DNA from: Callorhinchus milii
Taxonomy: Eukaryota
Direction of reading: 5' to 3'
Assembly (NCBI RefSeq): GCF_018977255.1
Contig: NW_024704755.1
Span: 10,788,001 to 10,852,000 of the forward strand
Length of the DNA stretch: 64,000 nt
Shown one piece after another: positions 12,459 to 27,627 of this stretch. Position numbers and translations under genes: made by a program. The notes beneath the pieces are model-generated. The model had not been told where the DNA came from. It did not search any database and saw only the letters and a program-made list of their open reading frames with translations. The stretch's first letter is position 1. Every line of letters begins with the position of its first letter.

Positions 12459-15400
12459 TTTTCCAGGTTAATATTTTTGAAAACTAAGTACATTTTCTGT
12501 ACACATGCAGGTCTTATCTTCTCATTACATTTGCTTTGGCAACCTGAAGACAAAGATCGTCTTCAGTTTTAAAGCATGTTCTTGGGCTCTTTTTGCTTTT
12601 CTCATTGAAGATTTTTTTTTCTCTCAAACTATCTTTGTGATCTATTGATGAGCATTATTGATTCAAATAAGAAGGACTTTAAAATATATGGCAGAAAGTA
12701 GGATTTTCTGTGCACGTTTTTCAATCCAGACACATGAAGAATAAAAATAGAAATTAACATACTCTTTCATCTGTCTCAGAAATTTCACCAAATGTCAACA
12801 ACAATCACAAATGAATTTGGTGCATTGATTTGACACTGGGAGTCGATCTTCCTTCAGTGCATTTTCAAACTGGTTATCTTCTTCAGAGATTTTCAATTCT
12901 TTTCTTTGAAATCTGGAGATCCTGCCCAAAGGGGGATTTTTAAATGGAAAAAACACAAATTGCTACTAGTTAGACAGATATGCTGCACAGAATTGGATGA
13001 TAGAGCTCTTTTTGTTCGTATATTCAATAGTTAGCAGAGAATAGGTGAGTTTTCTCCAGTGGTTCATTTGAGCCTTTGGAGCCTTGTGATGTAACTGTTA
13101 GTCTTAGTCTCCCAGATGGAACACATCTTCCTTTTAATACTTGTAAAAAATACAAGACAATGACCAACTCCGACCAAGTCTCACTGATATATCTTACTTT
13201 TTTTAAAATCTCCGCTTTATATATCTTCATTATTTGCTGCTATGTGGCCTTTAAGATTCCATAAAATAATTTGAATCTGTTATAGTATTTGGTTTCCTTC
13301 TGGGATCACGAATAAATATTTACCTTCATGGCTGACTGCTGGCTAGGCTGAGGTCTCTTTCTAGCCTCTTAATCTCTGTTCTTCCTGGTGGACTGTCTGA
13401 TTCTAAATTACTTTATAAAGGATCAACACCATCCACGCTGACCACATGACTCCTGTCTGATGACTTCCTGGGGCTGCTTATCCTGGATGATGGTTGCTTC
13501 AGTGTGGTTGCTCTTGTTCCAGTGGCTGTCATCCATCTTTCAATTTAACCAATGTTTCTCCTGGTCTCTCCTTCACAGATCATTCTAACTCTCACTGGTC
13601 TTGGTCGGTTTGTTGCCTTTTGCAAGAGACATTTTTAATGATTTTTTTGGCTAATATGATTAAAATAATTTTGTGGATGGCAGAGGAACGTTGGTGATGA
13701 AACTAATATATTGTTTAATTGGGCATCTAGCTATTTTTAAAGCTTTTCCTATCATTATTTTTTAAGTGGAGAATAGTTTTGAGCATTAATCACTACTCTT
13801 CTTCAATTGATAACTGCTTTTCATGATAACTTTGTCACACTTCAAAATAAACACTCATTCACTTGCTTCTTCTACCAGTTACAAGCTATTACGATCATCT
13901 TCTTGAACTCAAACCAACATCTGTAATCCACCTTACTTCCGTGCAAATGTCTACTGCTGCCCTCACTTACACTCGAGATCACAGTAGGGATTCACTAAAC
14001 GAACACCAGTATCAGTTGATGCACTCAGTTCATTTGCACCTGAGCTGCATCACAATATTGCAATATACAAATCCTGATGTGCACATCTTTGTGTCAGAGA
14101 TGGCCAGATGTGCTGCACTTGAAATTTGAAGCTTGAACATCAGTTTAACTTGCACTATACTGACGTTCAAGTGATATGAAAGTGATTTCAAGCTGTGCAT
14201 CAGGGATCTGTTTTATGCTGCTTTACTGTCAGTTTTTTGCACTAAACACAGAATTCAATGCTACTTTCATAAAGTTGCAAATTTAGACCTAAATAAGCTG
14301 GTGTAAATCAATAACTGCCGAGAAAAACTGTAAATACAGTTGGAGAAATATCATTCTAATCAATTTATTTGTAGATTTTGTTTCAAAATACAAATTTATT
14401 TGTATTTTGTACGCCCATGATCACCCAGTTGAAAAATACCTTTGCTCACTTTTTCAAATTCTCCTCGTTTGATCATTCCATTTTGGACAAACAAAGGGCA
14501 TGTGAATGTTTGAGTTTCAGCTATACCATTCCTTAACTGGCCACAAGGAGGTGCCTGATAGTACTGTAGATTGGCTCGCCCGCTAATATTTTCTACTTGC
14601 CCCTGAGAGAGCCTGGCAGAGTCTCACAAGGGAAGTCCTCAAACTACCACTTCACCCCACCTGATGTCAAGTTCCCAATTCGCTGTGCAACCAGGCCATC
14701 AGGTGCTGTTTTTCTCTCAATACTGTCATAAAGAAGTACATGTCCATGGCTGAGTATTAAACAGCAAACATTCAATCTCAGACATCAAATACACTCTATA
14801 AAACACATTTGCTCTGAAAGCCAAAAAAAAACAAGGGCACAGCAAAACAATCAGATTCTAATCTGTCGTAATGGGCAATTTTTTATTAAATATTGCCAAA
14901 TTTGTGACCTTATATTTGCGTGAACGATTTCATTTACTGTCAGGAGAGTACCAAAGGGCAACTGTGTTATAATTCAAGCGTAGAGGCTGTAAAACCCAGA
15001 TGCACTAAATGTGACAATGCATTGAAAGAAGCTGGCATAAAGCAAGAGTGAAAGGTTTGTATGCTGTCACAGAGATGATCCACATACCCTAATTATGGAG
15101 GATTGCCTTCAAAAATCTGACACAAATGTTAGGCTAAATTAAATGTTGTCTAATTAACTAACGTATACAAGACTTCAAAGTATAACATTTCCATGTTGTT
15201 CAGTGACCAACGAGAACAAAAATGCCTGAGAATTATCAGTCAACACAGACTTCCAATCTCAACTGACTGTTACAAGGTTATACTGTTTCATTTCCATGAA
15301 TCTATCCCTTTACCGCACTGTTTGTACAATTTACAGAAAAAGTCAACATGGTAAACAGTTTCACACAATGAGGTGTGAAGGCTGATAGAATGGTATTCAA

Positions 15401-17322
15401 TGGCTCTGAACTCCCCTGATGAGCTGCCAGAAGTCGTTATGAATGGACCAGCTGATGGACTGATGACTGATAAAGGCAAACCAAACAGCATTGGTAATTT
15501 GAGAAAACATTTGCCACTATGACAACCGAAAGCACTGTGACAGTTGCTCAGATAGAGATTTTTGAGAAATAATATTCACCATTTATGTATTCCCTTCATA
15601 TATTTTATACTACTGTAATTATAGCTATCTCTGAAATTGCCTTGAGAGATCTGTTTGTCCTTTGGGTGTCTTTTCTGACAGTATTACTGATACTAAAGTC
15701 TTACCATTTATCTTTATGATCTGCACGAGAACTTTGCTCTAGGTAAAACAATATGACATAATTACAGTTTTTCAGTTCATATAAAGAAAATCTTTAAGGG
15801 CACTGGCTCCCACCCAGATTTTATTTTGCAATATTTAGCATACTAAATCAACAGGATTTGATGTTTTTATAAAACTAGAAACACTATACACAAGAAATAT
15901 TACATTCATTCCATATAGCAAAATGAGAAATGATATCAACTTTCTTCGTTTATGAAATATATAACCTTTTTCTGGTCTGGTTTAATGCAAGTTATCTTCA
16001 CATTTCACATGGATAAAATGTATTCAAACAAATTAGCAAGTCACTGAGGTCAGCATTTGATTGCATCTTATTAGCTATGAAAATCCTTAACAATAAATTG
16101 TATAGCAGTTATGGTTGACTTCTCTTTCTAGCATAAGGCTTCGAAATATGATTTCCATTCAGAATTTTAAATGGTAGGTTTTGTTAATTAAAGCCGATAG
16201 ATAGTGAATTAAAATTGTTTGAATAACAAACTAATTCAGATGCTACCAGCTTGAAGAATACTGAATCTTTCATTGTTAACAAACATCCATTGTATTTTCA
16301 TTGTAATCTGAGTCTAAGAAGAAATTTTGAAGGATTCCCAATATGCAGTTTGTTAAATGTTTTTTGCAGCTTGTTAAATATTATAGGGGCAATATATTGT
16401 TTGAAACAGACATGTATGTTGACATTTTTAACTACAGTTAAGCACAACCAGGTTGGTTAGAATACAAGTATCTGCGATAGTTCTGCAAGTGTGCTTTAAA
16501 TATATCCAAGACATCATATTGTGTCCAAACCAAATACTGTTCTACAGTTAATTTAGTGAATGAATCCCCCAGAGTCTTCAGCTATCTACTACTACAGCTC
16601 ATTAGAGCCCAATATCCGACTTTTCGTGTTATATCAGTGAAAGCACTTATGCTCAAAATGCAATTAATCCTAAAACAAACAAGATCTTTTTGACATCTAT
16701 GTTTTTACTGACAACATCAAGAACTGATGTTGAGTTAGTTGGTGGGAGCTTCATGTTTCGGGCACTTAAGACAAGACATTTGGTCAACTGTTTAGCCTTC
16801 ATGCAATTAGAAATCTTAGTATTTTTGGTAATGCATTACATTTGGGGATTAAACTTGCAGATCTCTTACCAGCAAATGATGTGGTAAAGCTTGCCATCCA
16901 ATGAAATGTCTTATTGAAATAGCCCTGACTATTTCTCTTGTCACAGCTGTCGTTACAGCCATTTGCACTTACAGTAAATCCCTTTCATTACTGAAATAGA
17001 AATTTGTGTCTTAGTACTGCTACATTACTAATGCTAAATATTTAATTCCCTAGTGTGCTAATTATGGTTGAGTACTGGCAACACTGATTCTAGTTTTTAA
17101 TAACTAACAGCAATATGAGCATTTTTCAATTAATTAAACACAATGTACGAGTAACCTCTTGTCATTTTGCCCTCTAGGACCTTGACTAATTTATGCTGGA
17201 TAAAACATTTTCAAATCAACTGTTACTACATAACATTTCCTGGTCTTTCAATACATGGCTTTACTTTTTTTTATCTCTTAAAATAAAACTGGATGTTTTA
17301 GAAAAGTAGACATAAAATTGAA

Positions 17323-17520
17323 AATAATAATAACCTTGCATTTGATACAGCGCCTTTCACACGGGGAAGATGTCTCAAGGTGCTTCACAGGATTTACTGT
17401 AAAGTGTATTTTGTCGGCAAACATGGCAGCCACTTTGTGCACAGCATTGTCCCACAAACAGCCATGAATGAATGACCAGTTTTATCTGGGCTATTGTTGG
17501 CTAGGACCCTGGGAGGGATT
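17323..17520 (-). mobile_element. SINE fragment (same family)
   Basis: aataataataaccttgcatttgatacagcgcc...gtcccacaaacagccatg. Confidence 0.8.
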
Positions 17521-19132
17521 CCACAATGACAACAAGAAGGAAAATAACAATTTGGACAGACCAAGGAAAAATTAATTAGAAAAACAACAGGATAGGATTG
17601 GTTTTATTTGAATTATTAGAGTTGAAGTAATTAACCAGATGCATAGGCTTGTGCGTTAGAGTGCAAATCACTTTCTTGGTAGATTTGATAGCTGTAACTG
17701 GCAAAATAAGTGCTCTATTCAATCATGGTTAAACATTGATGCAGACTGACCTACAGTGCAGTGTTCAAATGCTGCCTTCCAACACAATTCTGATGGATAC
17801 AAATTTAAAAACACAGCTCCTGACCTGATCTTTAACAAATTTCAATGCAAGCCAGCTTTTTGGAATGAGCATGTTAAATTAGCACTTCCAAAATGGAATC
17901 AGTTCACACATCCCACAGAGCACTGCAACACATGTTGTTTGGGGAATATGTGGTGATTCAAGTGTGTGCATGGCATACCTCAACTGTTACACAAACTGCA
18001 TGTGGTTTGAGGTACCATTCTTGCTCAAATCAATGCCTCTGAAAGAGAGCTCTATGAATAGAATGGAGATTGAAAATGAAGTCTGGAGATTCAAACAAAG
18101 TGGACTGAAATTCAAACATTGTGTTCATGGCACCAGACACGTCATGTTTGCACAAGGAGATGTTCACATGTAATTACATTTTTAAAATTATGCATATATA
18201 TTATGTTATTTTATTTTTCCATTTTTATTTCCTTTCAGTTTCATACTCTGCCAAACCATCCTGTTTCAGTCAAACTGACTATGCGGCCTGAACTATGGCA
18301 AAATCAGTGCTGTAGCTACTTCCATCAACCTAACAGGAAGTCAAATCCCCAGTGCGAGATACGTCTCTGTTGTGTCCTCCTATGGTGGGTTAAGCATTTA
18401 ACTATAACAAAGCACTATACTTAAAAAAAAGCTGAAACACAGTAACATTTGCCTCAAAACAAGAACCACATTTTGAAAATTTATCAGGCTGCGACTCATT
18501 CTCTGGCTGGGCATGTGTACCCTAATCAATGTTTTAAAATATATTTTATTAGATCTCATTTTGGACCTAAATCTATCATAATAAACCGTTCCCACATTAA
18601 ATATTTACCCATTTATTGATGGACCTAATAACTGAATAGTCTTACGGCTGCAGTGTAAACTTCACAAACAGAAGATTACAGTTTTGGGGTACAGTAATTC
18701 TCTGCTCAAATCTGCTCCTCACCAAAGAGCTTTTTGAGGAACTGCTACATGGAATTCATCAATACAAACTGCAGAGAATTATGATGAATTTAACAACATT
18801 GTGCGTTTTTGTCTATTTCTGTTGTTTTTCTGTTTTGAGGGGGGGGAAAAAACTTTGATACCCATTCAATATAATAGTAGCCAGTTGATAATAGACCTGT
18901 TGTTTCCATTATTCCAAGTGGGTCTTATAGAAAACTCAATATGGTGGTCTCAATGAGACTGGTTTAGACTGCTTCAATGCAAAATATGCTCTTTCACATT
19001 GGGACAATGTAATCATTTAAATTCAAGCTTTCTTTCAATCAGTTTATTCTGGATTGCTCAGCTCATCTTTAATCCTATATTTGAGCAAATCATAAGTCAC
19101 TGACTGAAGGCAATTCAAAGACAATTAAAATA

Positions 19133-19210
19133 AAATAATAATAATAATCCTTGCATTTTATATAGTGCCTTATCATGTCATTTGAGACATTTCAAAGCGC
19201 TTCTCAGGGT
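19133..19210 (-). mobile_element. SINE/L2 3' tail fragment
   Basis: (aat)n ccttgcatttatatagtgccttatcatg...caaagcgcttc. Confidence 0.75.
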
Positions 19211-20510
19211 GCAAGTGTAAAAATTATTTGTTCTAAACAGTAAGAGTATCATATCTGGATAAATAATTTGATGATGTTTACCTTGACAACAGTACCTTTT
19301 TTGCTTTAAACTATCTTATTAGTAGATTCCATGTTATTTTTCTCATTAACATTTGAAAGGTTTTCAATGCAAATCTGCTCAATAGAATAATTACTGGATC
19401 TACATTTACCCAAACTGGATTTTCTTAGGTGAGAAAGTGACAGCTGGTTGATTGGCTGACAACACACCATTGTTGTGAGTACTGATCAGTGCATGTAGTC
19501 CTTCAGGAATTCTAAGCTTTGAGGAATAAGAAATATACACTTCAAATCGGTTGCTAAAGGAAAATGTTAGAATGGCAGCTTCTGTTCAGAAATAAAAACC
19601 CTTAATTAGAATTTCTGCACTGCTGGTTCAACATGTTATATCTCTGCAATAAAAATGGGCATTTTATGATATATTGGAAACCTAATCACACTTAACTGCA
19701 GAAAAGTGAGCTTAGAAAATCTATGTTAAACAGAGTATATGAAAGAGAAAGAATAAACCTAATAGAGAAGAACACACAAGGTTAATGTTGTTTTCTATAT
19801 TTTGTATCTGATTAACCGATTAAAATGCTGCTCCTCATAGCACCTCTGGCTTGCTTTTTCTACACTGATCAAATTCAAAACTGTTCCAGAGACCGACAAA
19901 TCCCTCTGAGTGAAGCTGCCTGTGTTTTCTTAACTGGCTGTTTCCAAAATAGTAAGAGACAGCTTAGCTTTTCACATCTATAAAATTCTATAGCATTGCT
20001 GAAAGAAGAGGAAGCACAAGTCAAACCACCTCGTGTTAAGCTGTGAAAAGCAAACCTTTAGTGGAGTAATTACACGCAACACTGCTCTACAACAGATTTG
20101 TTAGAGTTGCCTGTTAATGTAAATATGGCTGAGCTTAACATTATTTCTACTAATACAGTACTTTATAATTCTACTCTTTGGAGAGTGGGTTGCTTGTTAA
20201 TGAATAATGTTTGCATTAGGCACCACCCATCCACCAGTAAATAACCCTCCCAATCATTTGATGCAATGTGCCTTTAAATTTATGTTGACAATCTCCACTA
20301 AAACCTAATCAATTTCCTTTTGATGTTCTTACCGAGCTCTCTTTCTAATGACATACGTTCAGCCACAGTAACTATTTGTAACACAGATGTTTCGATATGT
20401 AAACAACAAATAATTACAAAGAATAGATTTGGTGATGATACTGGGAAAATATCCGGTACAAATAGACCATAAAATGGACCTTTGTTATACAGAACCTCTG
20501 TTGATTTATA

Positions 20511-20622
20511 AATAAATAATCCTTACATTTGATACAGTAATTCGCTTTTCATATCAGGAGGACATCTCAAAATACTTCACAGAATATAATGGAAAGTGTA
20601 GTGACTGTATTTTGTAGGCAAA
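20511..20622 (-). mobile_element. SINE 3' fragment
   Basis: aataataatccttacatttgatacag...gacatctcaaaatacttcacagaata. Confidence 0.7.
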
Positions 20623-20914
20623 TTATAGTACTGAACTTATGACAGTACTTAACTGCTATGCTACATTAAGTTAAGCGTCATCAAATATTTTTATTTCAGA
20701 AAGAATCAAGTATCAATAAAGACTGAAAAACTATGGCAATCCTGAATATTGAGTCACATTCAATTTTAATATGATTTTGGTGAAACAACTGACCTCTCAC
20801 TGATAAACATTTAAAGCTTCCAAACTAAATGTTCAGGAATCTCACCAAACATTTTAGGATTCACACAAAATCTTTCAGTCGGAAGGGCCATTGGTACACA
20901 AACGTTAATAATGT

Positions 20915-21025
20915 AAATAATAATAATAATCCTTGCATTTGAAATCATGTCATTGAGATGTCTCAAAGCACTTCACAGAATATACTGTAAATATAGTGGA
21001 TTGACTGTATTTTGTAGGTGAAAAT
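20915..21025 (-). mobile_element. SINE 3' fragment
   Basis: (aat)n ccttgcatttg...tctcaaagcacttcacagaatatactgtaaa. Confidence 0.75.
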
Positions 21026-22215
21026 GTGTAAGGATCCACTTTTGCAGTCTCATGTTGCACAGCCTCCGCACTCCTTTTCTCCTGAGATTCTTGACTTCAA
21101 ATTAGATTGCCAGGATCCCGACCCCCTGCTTGGGACAAGCAACATTTAGCTCTTTAAAATAAATTCTCAAAGCTGTTTGATATTATGGTAGGATTCTGCT
21201 ATAAACCAAATGTAGAAATTGGAGCCTGACTTTTGCAGATCTAACACAGATGAGAGAAACTTGATAAGACAATCTGCAAATAAAATAGTCAAATTTAAAC
21301 GTCCTTGAGGGGACTGAGAAGGTACAAATCTCATGAGACTTTGTTGGATACACGTACGTAAACAAGTTCAGTAATGAATCTATGCACAAATTTTAAATGT
21401 TTCTGTACATAAACTTGAATCAAATATGATGGTAATAATCCAGCAAAGCACTAGCACATTATTTGCAGATATTTTTATGAAAGCTTACAGGTTACAAATG
21501 ATAGCCAGCATGGCCTACTTCGAAAGATTGTTTTCAGAAATTATTTTAAGAAAAAAGATAGCTTAATTGTAGTGATCCAGGGGTACTAGATACTAGAGCG
21601 CATGTGCACAAACACACACACAGACACACACACACTCATGGAATGATAATACCCACATTCACAGTTACAATGGCTCAAGTTTTCAATCTTAGCCATGCCG
21701 AAAGGAGCAAGAGCTGAGCAGAAAACAGTGCCTTCCGTATAGGAAACCTGGAAACATCACAAGGTAAGTTACCCAAGGATGCTTCCACACATGCTGTTGT
21801 TATATTAACACTGCCACTAGTGAGCTGCATTAAACAATATCTCATTCATTTTGGCAGGGTTATCAGTTGTACTTGAATTCCAAAATTAAGAACACCACTG
21901 TGCATCCACAATCACATACATGTAAGCTGTCAGAGTCCAGGGAGAGTACCCATTGTGTGTGCGATCCACTTCATGCCAGTAAATAATAAGACAGTTTCAC
22001 AATCTACGTCATAATGCCAAATCTCTTGGTGGGGCGCTGTGCCAGCTCCAGCTAGGTTACTGGAAAGTGCTATTCCAACATCAGGCGCCTATGTAGATAC
22101 TCTCATTAGAGACTGAGCAGGTAAATTGGAGTGTGATTTGGCTGCTCTACACTTAGATTTTGGCACCTAGTTACTGGCACAAATTCAGCATAAAAATCAT
22201 ACAACTGTATAACAA

Positions 22216-22487
22216 CGCCTCTGTTTACCTAGCAGTAAGCAGGAACCCGGTGTCAGTCAATTGGCGGATTGCTTTTCCGAGAGTCATAATCCCTTATAAA
22301 AAATAATAATAATTTGGTCACTCGATTCACGACTGCTTGTGGGACACTGCTGTGCGCAATTGGCTGCCGCATTTCTCCCACAAAATATACAGTCAATTCA
22401 CTTTACAATATATTCTGTGAGGCGCTTTGAGATGTCTCAAAGACGTGATAAAGCACTATATCAAATGTGAGGATTATTATTATTATA
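22216..22487 (+). mobile_element. SINE lacking the tRNA head
   Basis: cgcctctgtttacctagcagtaag...gggacactgctgtgcgcaattggctgcc...atcaaatgtgagg(att)n. Confidence 0.85.
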
Positions 22488-24199
22488 AGGCACACAAGGT
22501 CAACTTAAAAGGGTCGCTTACAATTGTAAGGAAGGTCAACTGCAACACTACTCAGTTAGGGAGGATATGTGCCCTTGAAGTGAACTTGGATGGGAAAAAA
22601 ATAAACATTTACGGAAGGAAGAAGAAATCAAGTGCTACATTTTCTGACATTCCCATTACTGGATAAGGGGCCCTGCGCAATACAGAACTGGTGATTCTTC
22701 TAATAATAATAATTAATAATCATTGCATTTGGTTTAGCGCATTTCACTTCAGTAAATGGAAGTGTGTAATTTGAAAGGGACCTTAAATTCTAGAGGGAGC
22801 TCTTTTGTTCAAAAAACTTTTAAAATAGAGTCTCATTGAAAGGTGGAATATTTACTCGCTTCTGTCTAACATGCTTCTGGTACCCAGCCTCCTCCTGGAT
22901 CAAGCTGCTTGATTACTTATCCTATGGGGACAAGTCGAAGCACAGTCATTGTGTTTGTTGCAGACACTACAGCGAAATGTCAAACATTGTCATTGTATTT
23001 AGCAGGGACGGCAGCCAGCAAAGTTCTATATTGCCTGAGAATTAAGCTATGCCCCCATTAAACTCGCTAGCATTTATAAATGAAACACAGAGTTAAAACT
23101 TCATACTATATCATTGAGTATGACTGACCAGTGAAATGATTGTGCCCATTTATCTCTGAAGAGAAGCAAAATTCAGCTCACGTAAGAACTGGGAATATTA
23201 AAACACCATTCAAGCTTGCAACAGCCCTCATTAAGACTAATTAAAACTTAAATTAAAACAAAAATCATTTAATTATGAGTGTTATAAATAGAATATGCAA
23301 TGGAGGGCAGTGAAACAGGATTTCTATATCCACTCATGAGACAGATCATAATTCACTTGGACCTTTGTCGATCATGAGTTATCTGGTCAGCCTCACTATG
23401 GATACAAATAACATTGTTTCTACTGCTTCTGTACCATGGCCACTACATTCTGGTTTTATGTTTCAGATTGTTAATGTCATTGAGCTTATAATTATCACCT
23501 AACCAAATTATACCAACGTTTTAACCCAATAAGTAATATGTCAGCATTGAAACAATTTTGTTTAATTAAATTTTTGTTGTTTCTTCCAGATTAGGGTGTT
23601 TTGTTTATGGAAATTGCTGGTAGTTTTGCTTCTTTCTAAAGATCTGAAGGCACTGTAAGAAAATGCAACACCCTAGGACCATTAAACAGAGTTAAATAAA
23701 GGCATTCTATGCAGCAAATTATTGCATAAGTGTTATTAAAACTATCATTTGATTTGATTTCATATAAAATTAGTAAAAATAGTAATATGAAAATTATAAA
23801 TTATGCTGCAATGGAGAACAAAAGAATAATACAATGTTATTCATGGTTAATTCTACATTGGCAGCTCCCATAACTAATTCTGCTTGATTTAATCACAAAA
23901 CAGGAACAAGGACATAAAATGTTATATTTTTAGTGTGCCCTTTCAACATTAACCAGAGCCCTAAGATTTGTGTCATGTGGCTATCTACTTTGACATAACT
24001 GCATGTCATCAAATTATAGAATATTCACAATAAGGCTGCTAATCATTGTGTGCATCTCATGTGGTGATTTGTTAACTGGATGTTGTGTCAGAATGTCTCC
24101 CTCAGGATCTTAAATATACTGCCAGAAACCGAGAACCAGGCATACTGAGTAATTGAAGCAGCTAGTATTTTCTTCTGCATTTCTTCTTGAACCAGTAAG

Positions 24200-24370
24200 A
24201 TAAAATTGGTCATTCACATCATGGCTGCTGTGCAACATTGCTGTGTGTAAGTAGGCTGCTGTGTTCACCTACAAAATACAGTCACTACACTTTACTGAAA
24301 TGTACTTTGAGCTATCTTGATGATGTTAAAGCACAATATGAAACGCAGGATTATTATTAATAATAATTAT
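24200..24370 (+). mobile_element. Diverged SINE 3' part
   Basis: aaattggtcattcacatcatggctgctgtg...atacagtcactacactttac...gcaggattattatt. Confidence 0.7.
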
Positions 24371-25469
24371 CTGAAACCCAGCCAATTCTATTCACATATA
24401 TTAGCTCAATGAAACATAAGAGTAATAGATAAATAACAGTACTAATTAAACTCCAGAGAGCTCCTTAGTGCAGATTGCTAAGGACAGATAAAACCATTAT
24501 CATTTGGGCAGCTAGATGACTTCCAGTTCCTTCATTAAAACAAGTTAAAAGCAAAACATTTTTTGTCATCTTTCTCTATTTTCTTGAAGGGACAGACTCT
24601 TTCTAGAGCACAGTTCCTTGGGTGTTGAGAACCTTGGTGACTCATCCAAGTGGTCATTCCTCAAAGAAGAAACTGAACAGCTAGTGTCAAAAGACTATTT
24701 AATCACGGTCTGCCCATCCCAATCAACATGCTTGTACTGGCCACTTGTTAGCAGGAATATTGGTACTTCAATATTACAATATTCCCTACACAATGAGTTC
24801 CCGATTTTGATAGGATGACAAGATAAAACGTCAACCAGAAACAATGAACATCCCCACATAGATGGAAGGATTCAGACGATAAAGTTACTTGGCTCAGTTC
24901 TTGCACAACTGTTAGTAAATACTTTAAAGTATGCCCAGGGATAGATGGTCAGCTAAAAACAGGAAGATTTGGGAGTGCATATATATTGGGGATGGGGAAT
25001 GGAACTCATGTCAATACTGCCCAAGTACTGTGCCCCACATTTCAGATTCCAACCTTACAAATTATAGTGCAGAAAATGGTGGGAGGGATCTCTAACACTC
25101 CATGCTAACCAATATAGATGCTAGTCTTCGATATGGATAATCATGTATGTCAGCAACTGGCAGCTGTTTTAGAGTACAGTAATCACAAGTTTACTGGAGA
25201 ATAGATTTACAACGGGAAGGCCCTTGGGCTTATCCTTTAGAACCCAGTACAAATTATCAGTCCTTCGGAGCTTTAATTAACCATCAGGGTTGATCCGTGA
25301 GGCGTTCATCCTCAATGCAGTTACCTTTGGCTACACAGTTTTCCCACCCAACAGACAAAATGAAAGTTTAAATTCTTTCACTTCAATTGAGATCATAGTC
25401 AAGGAAACTGACTCCCAATGCAATATTGTGGTGGTGGTGGTGGGGGGGGGGTGGTAGGGGACGACGACG

Positions 25470-25778
25470 TAGTCAGAGGTACATCTTTCAGATGAGACAT
25501 TAAACCAAGGTCTCGCCTGCCTGTTCAGGCAGACGTAAAAAGATCTCTTTGGCACTATTCGGAAAGAGAAGGGAGTTTCTCCCAATGTTCTGGCCAACAT
25601 GCCCCCAGATAAAATTGGTCATTCATGCCATGGCTGTTTCTGGACCATTGCTGCCCCAGTTGGCTGCCACATTCGCTTGCAAAAAGAACAGTTATGACAC
25701 TTTACAGAAATGTTGCAAAGCGCTTAAAGGTGTTCTTGATGTTATAGGTGCTAAACCAAATGCAAGGATTATTAGTAA
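25470..25778 (+). mobile_element. Deu-domain SINE (AmnSINE1/SacSINE1-related)
   Basis: tctttcagatgagacattaaaccaaggtctcgcctgcctgttcaggcagacgtaaaagatc...ggcactatt...gggagtttctccc resembles the DeuSINE central domain as I recall it, followed by the L2-type tail aaatgcaaggattatta. Confidence 0.75.
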
Positions 25779-27627
25779 CATATAGGAAAATGCTGCTACT
25801 TTATCATTTTAATAATGCATTGTTAAGATAACAGAATTTAGCATATTCCCTATGGTTTTCGAAACAGATTAACTACACTCTTGATTATCATGTTGCATGC
25901 ATTTTCCAATTACCAGGCATAGAAATGCAACTCAGGCAATATTTTAAAATTCAGAACCAACTATGCGTAGTGGTTTTTCAGCGGTGCTTTTTTAACTTAA
26001 GTACTGGAACGCTCAAATAACTCTTTAAAAAGAAACTGTACCGTACAAATTTGCAGTAATAAGTTCATATGCCATAATCAGCAATGTCAACTTGGATGTA
26101 CAAATAAATACTTTTGGTATAATTTTGTACTTTATCATCTGATGTATGGAAATATACATGATCATACTCTGTAAAAACAGATCATCATAAATAATATCAC
26201 TATAATGTAATGCAGGAAGTATACAAGCACCATTTACTGAATCACATACAGCCAAAGTAGTAATTTTGCTACAACTATATTTTAAACTCAAGGCACTTCT
26301 GACTCCAACATGCATTACAGGCTTCAGTCTAGTAATCACTCTGGAGTCAGAATGTCTATTGGTCATCAGCCTATAATTTACAATATTCTTTAACAAAATA
26401 CAATATTTTTCAGTCGGAAAATCTATTTTACCTAGAAATTACCCACCAATGAAAAATATTACTTAAAATATATTTGAACCAAATAGAAAAAATGCCCGTT
26501 CAGGCAACATAAAATAGGCTAACTAATCACGTTAAAAGAACATACATGTTTTGCCATTGTTTTTATGCAAATACATTGCATTAAAGAAGCTCATCCCTCA
26601 GAATGACAAAATTATACATTTTATGATGAAAGATCACACTCAAAATATTAAGTTGTCTGTTTTCTTCAGATTTTGTTTAACCCAGATTTGCACCATTCTT
26701 AAGTTTTAACTAACAAATATGTAGCCGGGAATTACTTTTTTTTGTCATTTCCTGATGTGAAATAATTTTGCTGAAACTTTACTGAATGTTGTTTAAATAT
26801 CACCATTAATTCAAAAGCTGTCATCTTTCTAAAGGATTCGATAATATTTGAAGGAATTTGCAGCTTTGGAGCTTTAATAGGAAACTCAATCCTATACCTA
26901 GCAGGCAGATTCACTGCAGATTTTTTTTCAACAATTACATTTGCAGCCTTGGCAAGACAACACTGGTGACTACTAAGAGAAACAAAAATAGTACATCAAT
27001 TTTGTGAGTGATTTTCTGAAGTTGAGATAGAAGTATATTTTGGCAGAGTGAAAGAAACTTTACTGAGCATTTAGCCTGCACTGTAACTGCTGCCCAAAAT
27101 GGAAAGTCTTCCATTTCCAGGCAATTACATTCTCACCTTGACAGAGAACTTGCAGAGCCAAGCTCATCTGCCTTTAATAAGTGAGATTTCCAGATTCTCA
27201 TCAGACTGCTAGATATAACATTATGAGCTACGTGAACATTCCAAGAAATGTGAAGGAAAATCCTCAGTCCTAGAAGCAATCTAAGGAGACTGAAAAATGA
27301 AGAAAATATAAATAAAAAAACAAACCTAGCAAGGAAACCAGTGGTGAACCGCAATAGATGTAAACCAACTTATTGCTGCCATGCCTTTGTCAGTTAATTA
27401 AATTCAGACATCCTTTTGTAGTTCATAAGGCAGCAAATATTTTGTTGACTATTTTTCAATGGCATTTGATCTAACATAGGTGAAGCCAACATGCACATTA
27501 AAATTTATCTCTGAAAAAAAGTAGAGAAAAACTACATTTATTTCTGTTTGATAATAAAACAACATACTTCAAAAAAGTCATGGATCATTCCTAGATTGGT
27601 CATTTGTAAGTAAATAAGTAAAATTCA

